Part shown: positions 18,449 to 28,032 of the stretch, piece after piece
How positions within the stretch are numbered: the stretch's first letter is position 1
Layout of the letters: each line of letters starts with the position of its first letter
Assembly (NCBI GenBank): GCA_965215195.1
Contig: CBDCDC010000001.1
Coordinates: 1,120,001-1,184,000 of the forward strand
DNA length: 64,000 nt
DNA from: Candidatus Latescibacterota bacterium
GTDB taxonomy: Bacteria > Latescibacterota > UBA2968 > UBA8231
Direction of reading: 5' to 3'
The notes under the pieces: model-generated
Seen by the model: the letters and a program-made list of their open reading frames with translations, nothing else
The model's database searches: none
What the model was told of the DNA's origin: nothing
Made by a program: the position numbers and the translations under genes

Positions 18449-20593
18449 TTGCAGCGGTCCATCCCCGATACATTTGCCGATCATTTTGAATCTCGCTCTG
18501 AGACGCGGAGCTTGGCCGGGCGCACGGGCATCACTTGGCGCGGCTTTTGGACCGGCGCCTTTCTGAGCTTCTTTTTGGCCATTGGCGCGCCTTATGCCAA
18601 TACGGCCATGCACGCGACCTTCATGGCTTGGGACTTCAATACCCCGGGCGCGATTTTTCTTTTTCTGGTCCTCATCGGCCTGCTGAACGTCCTCTTCAAG
18701 CTGGTGGCGCGGAATGGGGTCTGGGCACTGGGGGTGGCTGTGGCCGCGCTGGTCGCCTATCTGGCCTACTACCTGCCGCTGGCGCAGATTGACGCGCTCG
18801 AACCGGGCTGGTGGTTGGCCTCCTTTTTGGTGGCCTCGGCCCTGCTCAACCTCGGCGCGGTTATGGGCGGCGGCTCGCTGGCACTCAACCGCGCCGATCT
18901 GGTGCTGGTGTACATCATGCTCTTGATGGTCTCGGCCCTGTGTACCATGGGCATGAGCCAGCAGCTACTGCCGATCATCGCCGCGTTTTCCTACTATGCC
19001 ACGCCGCAGAACCAATGGGAGGAAAAGCTGCGGGTGCTCTTTCCCGAGCGCGCCATTTTGGTTGATGACGGCGAGGACAACCGCGCCTTCTTCGAGGGAG
19101 GGGAGATCCCCTACGCGGCTTGGGTTGAGCCGCTCGTGTGGTGGGCGGTGTTGCTCAGCGCGCTCTACGTGGTGATGGTCGCGCTGGCAGTGATTTTGCG
19201 GCGGCAGTGGATGGACCGCGAGCGGCTGGCCTACCCGATTACCCAAGTTGGGCGGGCCATGGTGCAGGGGGAGGGCCAGGGATTGCTCAACCGCTTTTTT
19301 ACCAGCCGGGCGATGTGGTACGGCTGCGCCATCCCCATGTTTTTCGGTTCGCTCAAGGCCCTGCACCACTACGAGCCGGCCCTGTCCAGCGTCAATTTGA
19401 GCTGGAGTGTGCCCTACGTGGGCAGCCAGACGCTGCAACTGCGGGTCATCTTCGCCCTCATTGGCTTTTCCTATCTGATCAACACCAGCATTTCCGCCGG
19501 GCTGTGGGTGTTCCAGCTAATCGCTAAGGCCGAGTCCGAGGCCCTGATCCTGATGGGGATCGTCTCAAAGCAGAAGTTCGTCTATGGGATTGCCGGGCAG
19601 CCCTATCTGGCCTATCAGGGGGGTGGGGCACTTATAGCGATGGTAGTGGTTGGGCTGTGGGTGGGACGGGAGCACCTTGGCGGGGTGTTCCGCAAGGCAT
19701 TTGGGGGAGGGCGCGACGTGGATGATGGCGGCGAAATCACCACCTATCGCGGTGCGGTCTGTAGCTTGCTAATCGGCGTCGGGGTCATGGTGGGATGGCT
19801 GTGGCTGATGGGGGTGCCTTTATGGGTGGCGGCGGTGTTTATAGGGTTGGCCCTGTTGATCTTTATCGGGATCAGTCGGGTGGTGGCCGAGGCCGGGTTG
19901 GCGGCCGTGCGCTCGCCCATGATCGCGCCGGACCTGATGATCCACGGGCTGGGAGCCAATCTGGTCGGCACCAGCGGGGTGTTCAATCTGTCGCTGGCCT
20001 ATATCTGGTGCGCCGACATCCGCATCTTCGTCATGGCGCTTTTGGCCAACGGGCTGAAGCTGGTTGAGGACTTGGACCGCCGGAGTCGTCGGCTGGTGCT
20101 GTGGGGGGTGTATCTGGCGATCTTGATCGGTGCGCTCGGCTCGTGCTGGATGGTGCTGCAAATGGCCTATCGCCACGGCGGAATCAATTTGGTGGAGTGG
20201 TTTTTCAAGGGCGGACCTTCAACCGTGTACAACTACGCGGTGCGCGGGTTGGAGCCGGCCGGCGTAGCTTGGGATGGGTTGGGCTTTTTCGCCGGGGGTG
20301 GCGTCGCGATGCTCCTGCTGATGTGGGCGCGGCAGCACGTGCTGTGGTGGCCTTTGCACCCGCTGGGCTTTGTGGTCGCGGCCAATCACCTGATGGACAA
20401 GATCTGGTTCAGCGTCTTCATCGCTTGGGCGATCAAGCGATTTGTGCTGCGCTTGGGCGGGCCGGCAATTTACGCGGCGAGTGTGCGTTTTTTCTTAGGG
20501 CTGATTATGGGCGAGACCCTGTGCAACGGCCTCTGGGTCGTCATCGACTACTTTACCGGCAAGACCGGCAACAAGGTCTTTATCATCGGCTGA
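18449..20593 (+). CDS. Polytopic membrane protein (DUF6785/DUF6784-like)
   Basis: Many TM segments; RRQWMDRERLAYP, SRVVAEAG, WWPLHPLGF, FFLGLIMGE. Confidence 0.8.
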   Translation: MQRSIPDTFADHFESRSETRSLAGRTGITWRGFWTGAFLSFFLAIGAPYANTAMHATFMAWDFNTPGAIFLFLVLIGLLNVLFKLVARNGVWALGVAVAALVAYLAYYLPLAQIDALEPGWWLASFLVASALLNLGAVMGGGSLALNRADLVLVYIMLLMVSALCTMGMSQQLLPIIAAFSYYATPQNQWEEKLRVLFPERAILVDDGEDNRAFFEGGEIPYAAWVEPLVWWAVLLSALYVVMVALAVILRRQWMDRERLAYPITQVGRAMVQGEGQGLLNRFFTSRAMWYGCAIPMFFGSLKALHHYEPALSSVNLSWSVPYVGSQTLQLRVIFALIGFSYLINTSISAGLWVFQLIAKAESEALILMGIVSKQKFVYGIAGQPYLAYQGGGALIAMVVVGLWVGREHLGGVFRKAFGGGRDVDDGGEITTYRGAVCSLLIGVGVMVGWLWLMGVPLWVAAVFIGLALLIFIGISRVVAEAGLAAVRSPMIAPDLMIHGLGANLVGTSGVFNLSLAYIWCADIRIFVMALLANGLKLVEDLDRRSRRLVLWGVYLAILIGALGSCWMVLQMAYRHGGINLVEWFFKGGPSTVYNYAVRGLEPAGVAWDGLGFFAGGGVAMLLLMWARQHVLWWPLHPLGFVVAANHLMDKIWFSVFIAWAIKRFVLRLGGPAIYAASVRFFLGLIMGETLCNGLWVVIDYFTGKTGNKVFIIG

Positions 20594-20609
20594 ATAAAGG
20601 AGAGGTGTT

Positions 20610-21335
20610 GTGATTGACCAAGCGCTTATTTTGGCGGCCGGGCACGGCTCGCGCTTGCGCGACCACGTTCCGGTAGCGCACAAAGCTCTAGTGCAAATAG
20701 AAGGCGAACCCCTGTTGGTGCGCACCTGCCGGCTGCTGGAGCAAAGCGGCCTGCGGGAGGTCGTGGTGGTCACCGGGCATTGCGGCGCGGATGTGCGTGC
20801 AGCCCTGAAAGGGGCGAGCGGTCTGGGGGTCGGCCGGCGATTTGTGGAGAATCCACAATGGAAGCTAGCCAACGGGATTTCGCTGTTGGCAGCGACCGAG
20901 GTGCTCGCCGAGAAGTACCTATTGCTGATGGCCGATCATCTCTTCGACCCGGCGATGATCGCTGCGATGCGCGACGTTGCCCTCGCGCCCGGCGAGGTCG
21001 TCTTAGCGGTGGATCGCAAATTGGACGCGATCTACGACATGGACGACGCCACAAAGGTGCGGCTCAGAGGCGAGCGCATCGCGGCGATTGGCAAGGACCT
21101 AAGGGATTTCAACGGCATTGACACCGGCCTGTTCGCTTGCAGCGACGCGCTGGTGGCGCGTCTCAGGGAAGTGGAAGCGCGTCGGGGCGATTGCAGCTTG
21201 ACCGCTGGGATGCGGCTGCTGATAGAGTGCGGCCGGTTGCGCGCTTTGGACATTGGCGCGGCTTGGTGGCAGGACGTGGATACGCCTGGGGCGCTGGCGC
21301 ACGGCGTCCGGCTGCTGCGGGAGCACGGGGGTTAA
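20610..21335 (+). CDS. NTP transferase (inositol-1-phosphate/phosphocholine cytidylyltransferase-like)
   Basis: LILAAGHGSRL, NGISLL, LLMADHL, DDATKV, IDTGLF, WQDVDTP. Confidence 0.88.
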   Translation: MIDQALILAAGHGSRLRDHVPVAHKALVQIEGEPLLVRTCRLLEQSGLREVVVVTGHCGADVRAALKGASGLGVGRRFVENPQWKLANGISLLAATEVLAEKYLLLMADHLFDPAMIAAMRDVALAPGEVVLAVDRKLDAIYDMDDATKVRLRGERIAAIGKDLRDFNGIDTGLFACSDALVARLREVEARRGDCSLTAGMRLLIECGRLRALDIGAAWWQDVDTPGALAHGVRLLREHGG

Positions 21336-21395
21336 GGCGATAAATCGGCATGGGTTCCGGTTTGAAAGCGTCATCGCCGGCCGCGGAGACGACCG

Positions 21396-21632
21396 CTATT
21401 GGCCCTCGGCGGGCGCACTCTTGCTCTGCTTGCGTTTGTTTTTGCGGCGGTACAGCACGTAAAAGGGGTACGAGGCGACGAGGGCAGCCGCGATGACCAC
21501 GGCGGCGACCCAGCCGAACATGCTGCCGATTGCGCCGATGATGATGATGGGGCCGATGTAGGCGTGGGCCGCGCTGCTGCACAGGAGCAGGAGCGCACAG
21601 GAGAGGCTAATTTTCGAGAAATGGCAGGGCAT
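21396..21632 (-). CDS. Small membrane protein (signal peptide, AYIGP motif, TM helix, basic tail)
   Basis: AAHAYIGP followed by a hydrophobic helix and RRKNKRK; co-oriented with the ASST gene. Confidence 0.65.
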   Translation of the reverse strand: MPCHFSKISLSCALLLLCSSAAHAYIGPIIIIGAIGSMFGWVAAVVIAAALVASYPFYVLYRRKNKRKQSKSAPAEGQ

Positions 21633-22926
21633 CTTGGGGTATCCTCTGGGCTTGGGTCATCATGCCGCGCAGGGGCTTGCCTTGGTATTCGGCGCGGTCT
21701 GGATTGTAGTATTCCCACGCGATTTGGCCGGCTGGCGTGACTTCGAGCAAGCGGCCGCGTTGCGATTCGGTGATGAGGGTATTGCCGTTGGGCAGCCGCT
21801 GTTGGGCACCGCGGATCCAACTGTCGAACAGGTGGTCCGGGCTGGTGCCCTTGTACTCCCAGTAAATTTCGTGCGTAAATAGATCGATTTCCAGTACGCG
21901 GCTTTGGCCGAAAGGGTGGCCGCGCAGACCTTGGTTGTCGAAGAGCAGCACGCGGCCGTTGGGCAGGAAGTCGGGGTCGTGCTGCTGTTTCCAAATTCCT
22001 TCTCCATACCAAATCACTTGTTGCTCAATGGGATCGACGATGATGAGGGCGTTGGGGTTGCGCAGGGAGATGAGCAGGTCACCGGCTTTGACGCGCGGAA
22101 CGCGGGCGGCCCAAGCCGGCGGGATGAGGCGAATGGCGTTGGTGTGGGTGACTTCGCTGTGGCGGGTGGTCTGATAGCGGTCGAACACGCTGCGGTACGG
22201 CGAGTTTTTCAGGGCGCGGAAGATGGAAAAGCGCCGCTTCTCTCGGCCGGTTGCTTCGTCGATGACCACGGCAAAATCCTCGATGTACGGAGGTTGGATG
22301 TTGCCGATGGGCGCGGTGCCGATTTCTTGGACGAGGGCGTAGATGTTGCCCTCGCCGTCGAGGTCGAAGTCGTGGTGGGCGGTGCCGGTGTATTTCCAGA
22401 TGACCTGTGAGTTTTTGTCGAGTTTGACGAGGCCGTAGCCGTAGGGGTAGTGGTTGACGTAGTCGTGGTTGGCGAGCAGGTCGCCGTTGGGGTACAGGTG
22501 GGTGCGGTGCCAGTGCAGCATGTCGGGCTGCTGGGGGAAGGCGGCGAAATCGTCTTCGTCAAAGGCTTCGACAAAGTCGCATTGCCACTGGTGGACGACA
22601 TTGCCGAGCGAGTCCATGAGCACGGCGGCCGTGGCGTTTTTGGACACGAGCGTCAGCCCGGGCTGCATGGCATCGGCCTTGTGGATGATGGCCCCGGACG
22701 GCGCGCTGGCGTCTTCAAACCACATGGTGCTGGTGAATTGGTTTTTGGTGTCGGTGAGGTCTTCGTACAGATAGGCGAGATGGCCGTAGGCGTTGACCGC
22801 GTGGATGCGGATGTCGGGAGCGGGGGCGAGGTGGAAGATGGCCGACACCACGCCGTAGATGAAGGCGAGGAATAGGAGGCAGCAGATGAGGGTGGCGATG
22901 TAGGCTTTGTGGAGGAAGGACGACAT
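21607..22926 (-). CDS. Arylsulfotransferase (ASST-like beta-propeller)
   Basis: AHHDFD, THTNAI, LISLRN, QQHDPD, LLFDN, QRLPNGNTLITES, GQIAWEY. Confidence 0.88.
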   Translation of the reverse strand: MSSFLHKAYIATLICCLLFLAFIYGVVSAIFHLAPAPDIRIHAVNAYGHLAYLYEDLTDTKNQFTSTMWFEDASAPSGAIIHKADAMQPGLTLVSKNATAAVLMDSLGNVVHQWQCDFVEAFDEDDFAAFPQQPDMLHWHRTHLYPNGDLLANHDYVNHYPYGYGLVKLDKNSQVIWKYTGTAHHDFDLDGEGNIYALVQEIGTAPIGNIQPPYIEDFAVVIDEATGREKRRFSIFRALKNSPYRSVFDRYQTTRHSEVTHTNAIRLIPPAWAARVPRVKAGDLLISLRNPNALIIVDPIEQQVIWYGEGIWKQQHDPDFLPNGRVLLFDNQGLRGHPFGQSRVLEIDLFTHEIYWEYKGTSPDHLFDSWIRGAQQRLPNGNTLITESQRGRLLEVTPAGQIAWEYYNPDRAEYQGKPLRGMMTQAQRIPQDALPFLEN

Positions 22927-22929
22927 GGG

Positions 22930-23922
22930 CTAGCGCTGGGGGGTGCTGACGAGGACGGTGGAGGGGGATACGCCGAAATTTTCGAGGAGCCAACAGGCAG
23001 TACTCTTTAAGTTTTTGTGGTTGGTTTGCAACCATAGCTCCCCGACTTTTCGCTTTTTTCTGAACGGTTTGCCGGTAGAGTGAACTGGTTCAGTGTGTAA
23101 AAGGTAGTTTTGGAAATTTTTTGCTTTTACTGGGCAATTTTGCGCTGAAATTTTGCCCGTTTCAATCAAGTGCTGAGCAGCGTTGACCAATATATCGGTC
23201 CAATACACGAGATGTTCTTTATTTGAATTCGGAAATTTGATGTATGCCGGAGGCTTCTGACCGGCGGGACCTACTTCTAACGATGTCAGCGGCCCCCAAT
23301 CGCCGTTATTGGACAGCTCAGCGACCTTCTGTCCGCTGCTGGTTGACGATAGCTTAGGCGGCGCAGGCTCCGGTTGATTCGTCGATGATTCGACTTGTGC
23401 GATTTTTTCTATCAGTACGGGCGTCGTCGCTTCCCGCGGCGGCTCGCCACTCGCCAAATTAGGCCGCCATAGACGTAAAGCCTGCAACGCACAAGCGTAA
23501 GGCTCGTCTCGCGTCAATTGGAAGTCCATCAGGATTCGATCGTCGAGCTGGCCTCTCTCAAACACGTCGAACATCTGCCAATGGTCTCCGTTCGTGACGA
23601 CCATGTAGTCAATCCCATCCGTGTTAGCGTAGTTGAGTACCTGCATCATCACGTCGTCATTCAGCGGAGTGCCCAGGGATTTAGCCTCGATCACGGCTAT
23701 TGGTCGTCCACTTCCCATCAGCGCGTAGTCAGCCCACTTTCGCTTGATCCCGTATTCGAGTTCGACGGAATCGGGGTCTCCAACATCCCAGCCCAGCGTG
23801 CGAATCATGGGATCGATAAGCACCTGCCGCGTCCGCGTCTCATTGCCTGCCAAGTATGCGCGATGCGCCTGAATGCGCTCCCGCAGCGTTTCTATGGTTT
23901 CTTTTAGATCGTCTAATGCCAT
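22930..23922 (-). CDS. Standalone HsdR N-terminal-like PD-(D/E)xK nuclease with an unknown C-terminal domain
   Basis: NETRTRQVLIDP..LGWD, ADYAL..VIEAK, QVLNYA, VTNGDHW. Confidence 0.82.
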   Translation of the reverse strand: MALDDLKETIETLRERIQAHRAYLAGNETRTRQVLIDPMIRTLGWDVGDPDSVELEYGIKRKWADYALMGSGRPIAVIEAKSLGTPLNDDVMMQVLNYANTDGIDYMVVTNGDHWQMFDVFERGQLDDRILMDFQLTRDEPYACALQALRLWRPNLASGEPPREATTPVLIEKIAQVESSTNQPEPAPPKLSSTSSGQKVAELSNNGDWGPLTSLEVGPAGQKPPAYIKFPNSNKEHLVYWTDILVNAAQHLIETGKISAQNCPVKAKNFQNYLLHTEPVHSTGKPFRKKRKVGELWLQTNHKNLKSTACWLLENFGVSPSTVLVSTPQR

Positions 23923-23963
23923 TGGGATAGTTCCTTTGCGGATGGGCGTTGCGCTATTTCCAC

Positions 23964-24209
23964 TCAATTGTTGGCTTCCGGGACGCGCCGGCTGGCGTTG
24001 AGGATCGTCAGGCCAATCACTTGGCCTTGCTCGTAGCGGATGATCACGTCATCGTCGGTCAGTTCGCTATCGTCGGCGTGGCTGGGCTTTTTGAAGTTCA
24101 CGTATAACACGTCGGCTTCGGCGTCATAGGAAGACCATAGATACTGCTTGGGGGAATGCTTTACCGCGGGAATCAGGGATACGTATTGCTCAACCGTTAC
24201 AGAGGCCAT
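23964..24209 (-). CDS. DUF2283 family protein (putative antitoxin)
   Basis: YDAEADVLYVNF...VIGLTILNAS. Confidence 0.85.
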   Translation of the reverse strand: MASVTVEQYVSLIPAVKHSPKQYLWSSYDAEADVLYVNFKKPSHADDSELTDDDVIIRYEQGQVIGLTILNASRRVPEANN

Positions 24210-24460
24210 ACTTGCGTTCTCCTATCTTCCTCCACGTCATAGTCGGCGATCTGGACTTGGCGGCGGGAGAGGAGCGCCAGAAATGCGCGATAGGAGAGGC
24301 CCAACAGTTCGGCTCCTTTGCGAATGGAGATGCACTTTTGGCGGAAAAGATCTAGGACCACGGCTTCTTTCATTTCAGTAGAGGCCGTGGCCTCGTCTAG
24401 CCAGAGGCCCTCGACCAAGGACTGGGGAAATTCCAAGGATAGTTTGATCGTGTCTGTCAA
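24197..24460 (-). CDS. UPF0175 family protein (putative antitoxin)
   Basis: LFRQKCISIRKGAELLGLSYRAFLALL. Confidence 0.8.
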   Translation of the reverse strand: MTDTIKLSLEFPQSLVEGLWLDEATASTEMKEAVVLDLFRQKCISIRKGAELLGLSYRAFLALLSRRQVQIADYDVEEDRRTQVWPL

Positions 24461-24522
24461 AATAGACTCCTTTGGTCTCTGTGAATAGTGAAGGCCGCGA
24501 CATGCAGGAATGGTTCCTAAAA

Positions 24523-25002
24523 TTACTCATCGCCTGTAACCTGCGTGATGGTTCCGTTCTCTACCGCCGCCTCCGATGCTAGTGCTTCTAAGAAATCCCT
24601 TGGCGAAAGAATGGGAATTCCTTGAAAATCACCCAATCCAGTGAGATGTCGGTCTCCCGAGACGATGTAATCAACCTCGGTTTCGAGAGCGCAAGCCAAA
24701 ACCATGTTGTCGTCTGGATCCGCAGCAATCAAGTTCACTTCTCTGAGACCAGGGGAGACTTCGGCCACAGCGACGATCTTATCTACGATTTCTTCTGCCT
24801 GCTCAACATTCCTTCCGCCCCTGTTGAGCAAGGCGATCATCTTTTTATACCGAATGACGCGCTGTATTTCGTCTATGAGAGGCGGAGAGAAACAAAGAAA
24901 CACTTTCCGGTCAAAGACCTGATCGAGAATGGCTCCCGGACTCCCATGAGGGTTTAGGATGGCACTGATGAATACATTGGTATCGAGCACGACCCGCGTC
25001 AT
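24523..25002 (-). CDS. PIN-domain toxin (PIN_3-like)
   Basis: VVLDTNVFISA, DPDDNMVLACA, YIVSGDRHL, ILSPRDFL. Confidence 0.9.
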   Translation of the reverse strand: MTRVVLDTNVFISAILNPHGSPGAILDQVFDRKVFLCFSPPLIDEIQRVIRYKKMIALLNRGGRNVEQAEEIVDKIVAVAEVSPGLREVNLIAADPDDNMVLACALETEVDYIVSGDRHLTGLGDFQGIPILSPRDFLEALASEAAVENGTITQVTGDE

Positions 25003-25244
25003 AGGCTCTGTCTTCGCATTGCCCGTCTGGATTCGACAATCACCTGTTCGATCTCTTCGGAGGGTATATCCTTAAAGCCCATGCGAAATCGCTCCACGGC
25101 TTCGCGGACATCTTCTCGGGGCTGATCCGGCTCATCGTCTTCTATGAGAATGAAGGCCCTAACCTTGGTCGCCAAGGGTTTCCCGGTCTGTTCAAGCCGT
25201 TCAATCAGTGCGCCAATCGTGGTATTCGCTTCGGTAATTTTCAT
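24999..25244 (-). CDS. Putative cognate antitoxin
   Basis: Small acidic/basic protein with ATGA overlap to the PIN gene. Confidence 0.65.
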   Translation of the reverse strand: MKITEANTTIGALIERLEQTGKPLATKVRAFILIEDDEPDQPREDVREAVERFRMGFKDIPSEEIEQVIVESRRAMRRQSL

Positions 25245-25263
25245 GATCCCCTCGTCGAAGATA

Positions 25264-25291
25264 GTAGGGAATAACGATCGTTATTCTCTAT
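25264..25291. repeat. 28-bp near-perfect palindrome (GTAG-type REP-like)
   Basis: GTAGGGAATAACGA|TCGTTATTCTCTAT; related to the perfect copy at 31657. Confidence 0.7.
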
Positions 25292-25310
25292 CTTATCTTT
25301 CAATAAAGCC

Positions 25311-26399
25311 ATGAAAGCGGATTTTAATCAAACGCGGCTGATGCGTTTTTGCGGCTGGCTGGTTCACGCGCATCCGAACTTTTGGATTGACGTGGGCAAG
25401 CTGGAGACGCGGCTGCTCAAGGGCCGGCTGGCGGGCCGAGCGGTAAACGCGCCCATTTACATCACGGGCTTGGCGCGCGCCGGCACGACCCTGCTGCTAA
25501 ACATACTGGCGTCCCACCCGCGACTGACCTCGTTCAAATACTGCGATTACTACGGCGCGTTCACGCCCTTTGCGGCCGACCGCCTCTTCCGCGCCGCCGG
25601 ATTGGGCGCGGCGCGCAAACAAGAGCGAGCCCATGCCGACGGCGTGATGGTCAACGCGTACAGCCCGGAGGCCATGGAAGAAATCGTGTGGATGCAGTTT
25701 TTCGATTATTTGCACGACCCGACCGTGAACAACGCGGTCGAAAGGCAAATCAGCCACCCGGAATTTGAAGCGGTTTACGCGGCGACCTTGGCGAAGCTGC
25801 TGCTGTGCCGCAACGCCGAGCGCATCGTCTGCAAAAACAACTACAATATCACGCGGATCGCGTATTTGGCCAAGCTGTACGAGGACGCGCGTTTCGTCAT
25901 CGCCGTGCGCCATCCGGTCGCGCACATCGCGTCCATGGCGCGCCAGCACCAGCGCAACTTGGCCCACTTCTCGTCCCCGGTTCACCGCCAGTACCTGCGC
26001 AACGCCGGCCACTTCGAGTTTGGCCACGAGCGCATTCCCATCACCATCGACGCGGAGAAAACGCGGCACATCCAAACGCTGTGGGGCGAGGGGCGCGATG
26101 CCGAGGGCTGGGCTGAATACTGGAATGTGCTGTACGCTTGGACCTACGAGAAGGTGCTGCAGCACGACGCGCTCAAGACGCGCTGTTTGGTGGTGCCGTT
26201 TGAGCACTTGTGCGCGGCAGCCGAGCAAAAAATTGCGGATATTCTGGCGTTTTGCAACTTGGACGCTGATGGGGCGTGGGTGCAGGGCTGGGCCGAGCAG
26301 GTCGCGTATCAGCCCCAATACGAAGCGACATTCAGCACAGCCGAGCGCGACGCCATCATGCAAATATGCGGCGCGACCGCGAAGAATTATGGATTATGA
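25311..26399 (+). CDS. Sulfotransferase (PAPS-dependent, Sulfotransfer_3-like)
   Basis: PIYITGLARAGTTLL (5'-PSB loop), CKNNY, FVIAVRHP..HIAS, VPFEHL. Confidence 0.88.
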   Translation: MKADFNQTRLMRFCGWLVHAHPNFWIDVGKLETRLLKGRLAGRAVNAPIYITGLARAGTTLLLNILASHPRLTSFKYCDYYGAFTPFAADRLFRAAGLGAARKQERAHADGVMVNAYSPEAMEEIVWMQFFDYLHDPTVNNAVERQISHPEFEAVYAATLAKLLLCRNAERIVCKNNYNITRIAYLAKLYEDARFVIAVRHPVAHIASMARQHQRNLAHFSSPVHRQYLRNAGHFEFGHERIPITIDAEKTRHIQTLWGEGRDAEGWAEYWNVLYAWTYEKVLQHDALKTRCLVVPFEHLCAAAEQKIADILAFCNLDADGAWVQGWAEQVAYQPQYEATFSTAERDAIMQICGATAKNYGL

Positions 26400-26615
26400 C
26401 GGCGTATATTGAGTTTTACGGCGAGCCTTGATCTCGCTGATAATATCCTTTGTCCCCATGCCTTGAAACAGCCGTTCACGCCCTTCGGTATAATCGCCAT
26501 GGCCGGTTCTGAATTGGTTCAGAAAACGGATGGCGTCAACCACGCCTACTTCTCGAATCAGCACATGAGTTGCATGTTGATTGAGTTCGGCTAGAGATTG
26601 TATGCGCACACTCAT
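26394..26615 (-). CDS. Small hypothetical protein (putative PIN-associated antitoxin)
   Basis: LIREVGVVDAIRFLNQF..GHGDYTEGR pattern. Confidence 0.7.
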   Translation of the reverse strand: MSVRIQSLAELNQHATHVLIREVGVVDAIRFLNQFRTGHGDYTEGRERLFQGMGTKDIISEIKARRKTQYTPS

Positions 26616-26695
26616 TGTAAAACCTCCGCTACAAGGCCAAGAACAGACACTACGTTGCAGCCGAGTTCAGACATCGCTCGACATTTTCGCAAAAA
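26612..26695 (-). pseudogene. Probable C-terminal remnant of a PIN toxin
   Basis: FLRKCRAMSELGCNVVSVLGLVAEVLQ* ends in an ATGA overlap with the small gene; bounded upstream by a stop. Confidence 0.35.
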
Positions 26696-26840
26696 TCAGC
26701 ACAGTTTCGAGTATGCAGAGAATATCGGCTCACGGCCTATCTCAGCAACCCTGATCTCGCCACTAACTTGAGCGGGCGAGGGAGATTGACACGAGTCTTG
26801 GACGAACTACCTTCCTCTGCCAAAAAGACGAGGTTGCCCA

Positions 26841-27683
26841 ATGAATCAGCTAGACGGACAAATCGCCGTCGTCACGGGCGGTGCCCAGGGCTTGGGGCTG
26901 GGGATCGCCCGGCAGTTGGCCAGCGACGGGGCCAGCGTAGTTATCGCCGATCGGCAGGAGGATAAGGCGCGAGAGGAAGCTGTGCGGCTCCAGAGCGCGG
27001 GCCTAACCGCGCGGGCCGTGGCGCTCGATATAACCGACAGCGCGGCGGTGACTTCCTTTTTCGCCGCGCTAGTCGCCCAAGAGGAGCGAGTGGACATCCT
27101 AATCAACAACGCCGGCACTGGTCAGCAGGTGGCCCCGATAGTTGAGCTGAAGGACGCCGAATGGCACCGGGTGATGGACGCGACCTTGACCGGGGCCTTT
27201 TACTGCTGCCGCGCGGCCGGACGCATCATGGAAGAACAGGAGGCCGGCTGCATCGTCAATATCTCCTCGATCAACGGCCAGAATCCGGCCGCCTTGGTGG
27301 CCGCGTACAATGTGGCCAAGGCCGGCATCATTAGCCTCACCCGGACTCTGGCGCTGGAGTTGGCTGCGTACGGCGTGCGAGTCAACGCCGTGTGTCCGGG
27401 GCCGGTGTACACGGAATTCAACCAGCGCAACATGGCCCAACGCCGCGTCACCTTAGGGATATCCGAAGAAGAAATGATCGAGCGCATTCGCACGGCCATT
27501 CCCTTGGGCCGCTGGGGCGAGCCCGAGGATATCGCCCAAGGCGTGGCCTTTTTGTGCAGCCCAGCGGCCGCGTGGATCACCGGCGAAGTGCTCCGCGTCA
27601 GCGGCGGCATGGAAGGCGTGTCGGCCACGCCGCCGAAAAGACCGCGTCCGCAGAGGAGTTCGCATGACGACAGTAACTATTGA
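26841..27683 (+). CDS. SDR family oxidoreductase
   Basis: TGGAQGLG, INNAG, YNVAK, VRVNAVCPG. Confidence 0.93.
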   Translation: MNQLDGQIAVVTGGAQGLGLGIARQLASDGASVVIADRQEDKAREEAVRLQSAGLTARAVALDITDSAAVTSFFAALVAQEERVDILINNAGTGQQVAPIVELKDAEWHRVMDATLTGAFYCCRAAGRIMEEQEAGCIVNISSINGQNPAALVAAYNVAKAGIISLTRTLALELAAYGVRVNAVCPGPVYTEFNQRNMAQRRVTLGISEEEMIERIRTAIPLGRWGEPEDIAQGVAFLCSPAAAWITGEVLRVSGGMEGVSATPPKRPRPQRSSHDDSNY

Positions 27684-28032
27684 TGGTATGATATGGCAGC
27701 AATAGATCGGGTTTATCTAGATACAACGGTTCCCAGTGCCTACTACGATGATCGCGCACCAGATCGTCGACGCCTGACGCGAGAATTCTGGCAGAGTAGA
27801 TGCCTTGAAATGGATGCCGTCATCTCAACGATTACCCTATTGGAGATCCGTAATACTCCGAATGAGAATAAGCGTCAGAAGATGGAAATTTTGCTGCAAA
27901 ATATCACAGTACTAAGTTTTTCTAACGAAGCAGATAACCTAGCCCAAGAATATGTTCGACGAGGTATTTTCTCTGACAAATACACTTAGGACGCCAACCA
28001 TGTAGCTCTCGCCGTTGTCCATGGAATTGGTT

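Noticed and set aside
27987-27989. Amber readthrough or pyrrolysine in the PIN gene
   Set aside because: TAG serves as a normal stop in many genes here, and this gene is also IS-disrupted.
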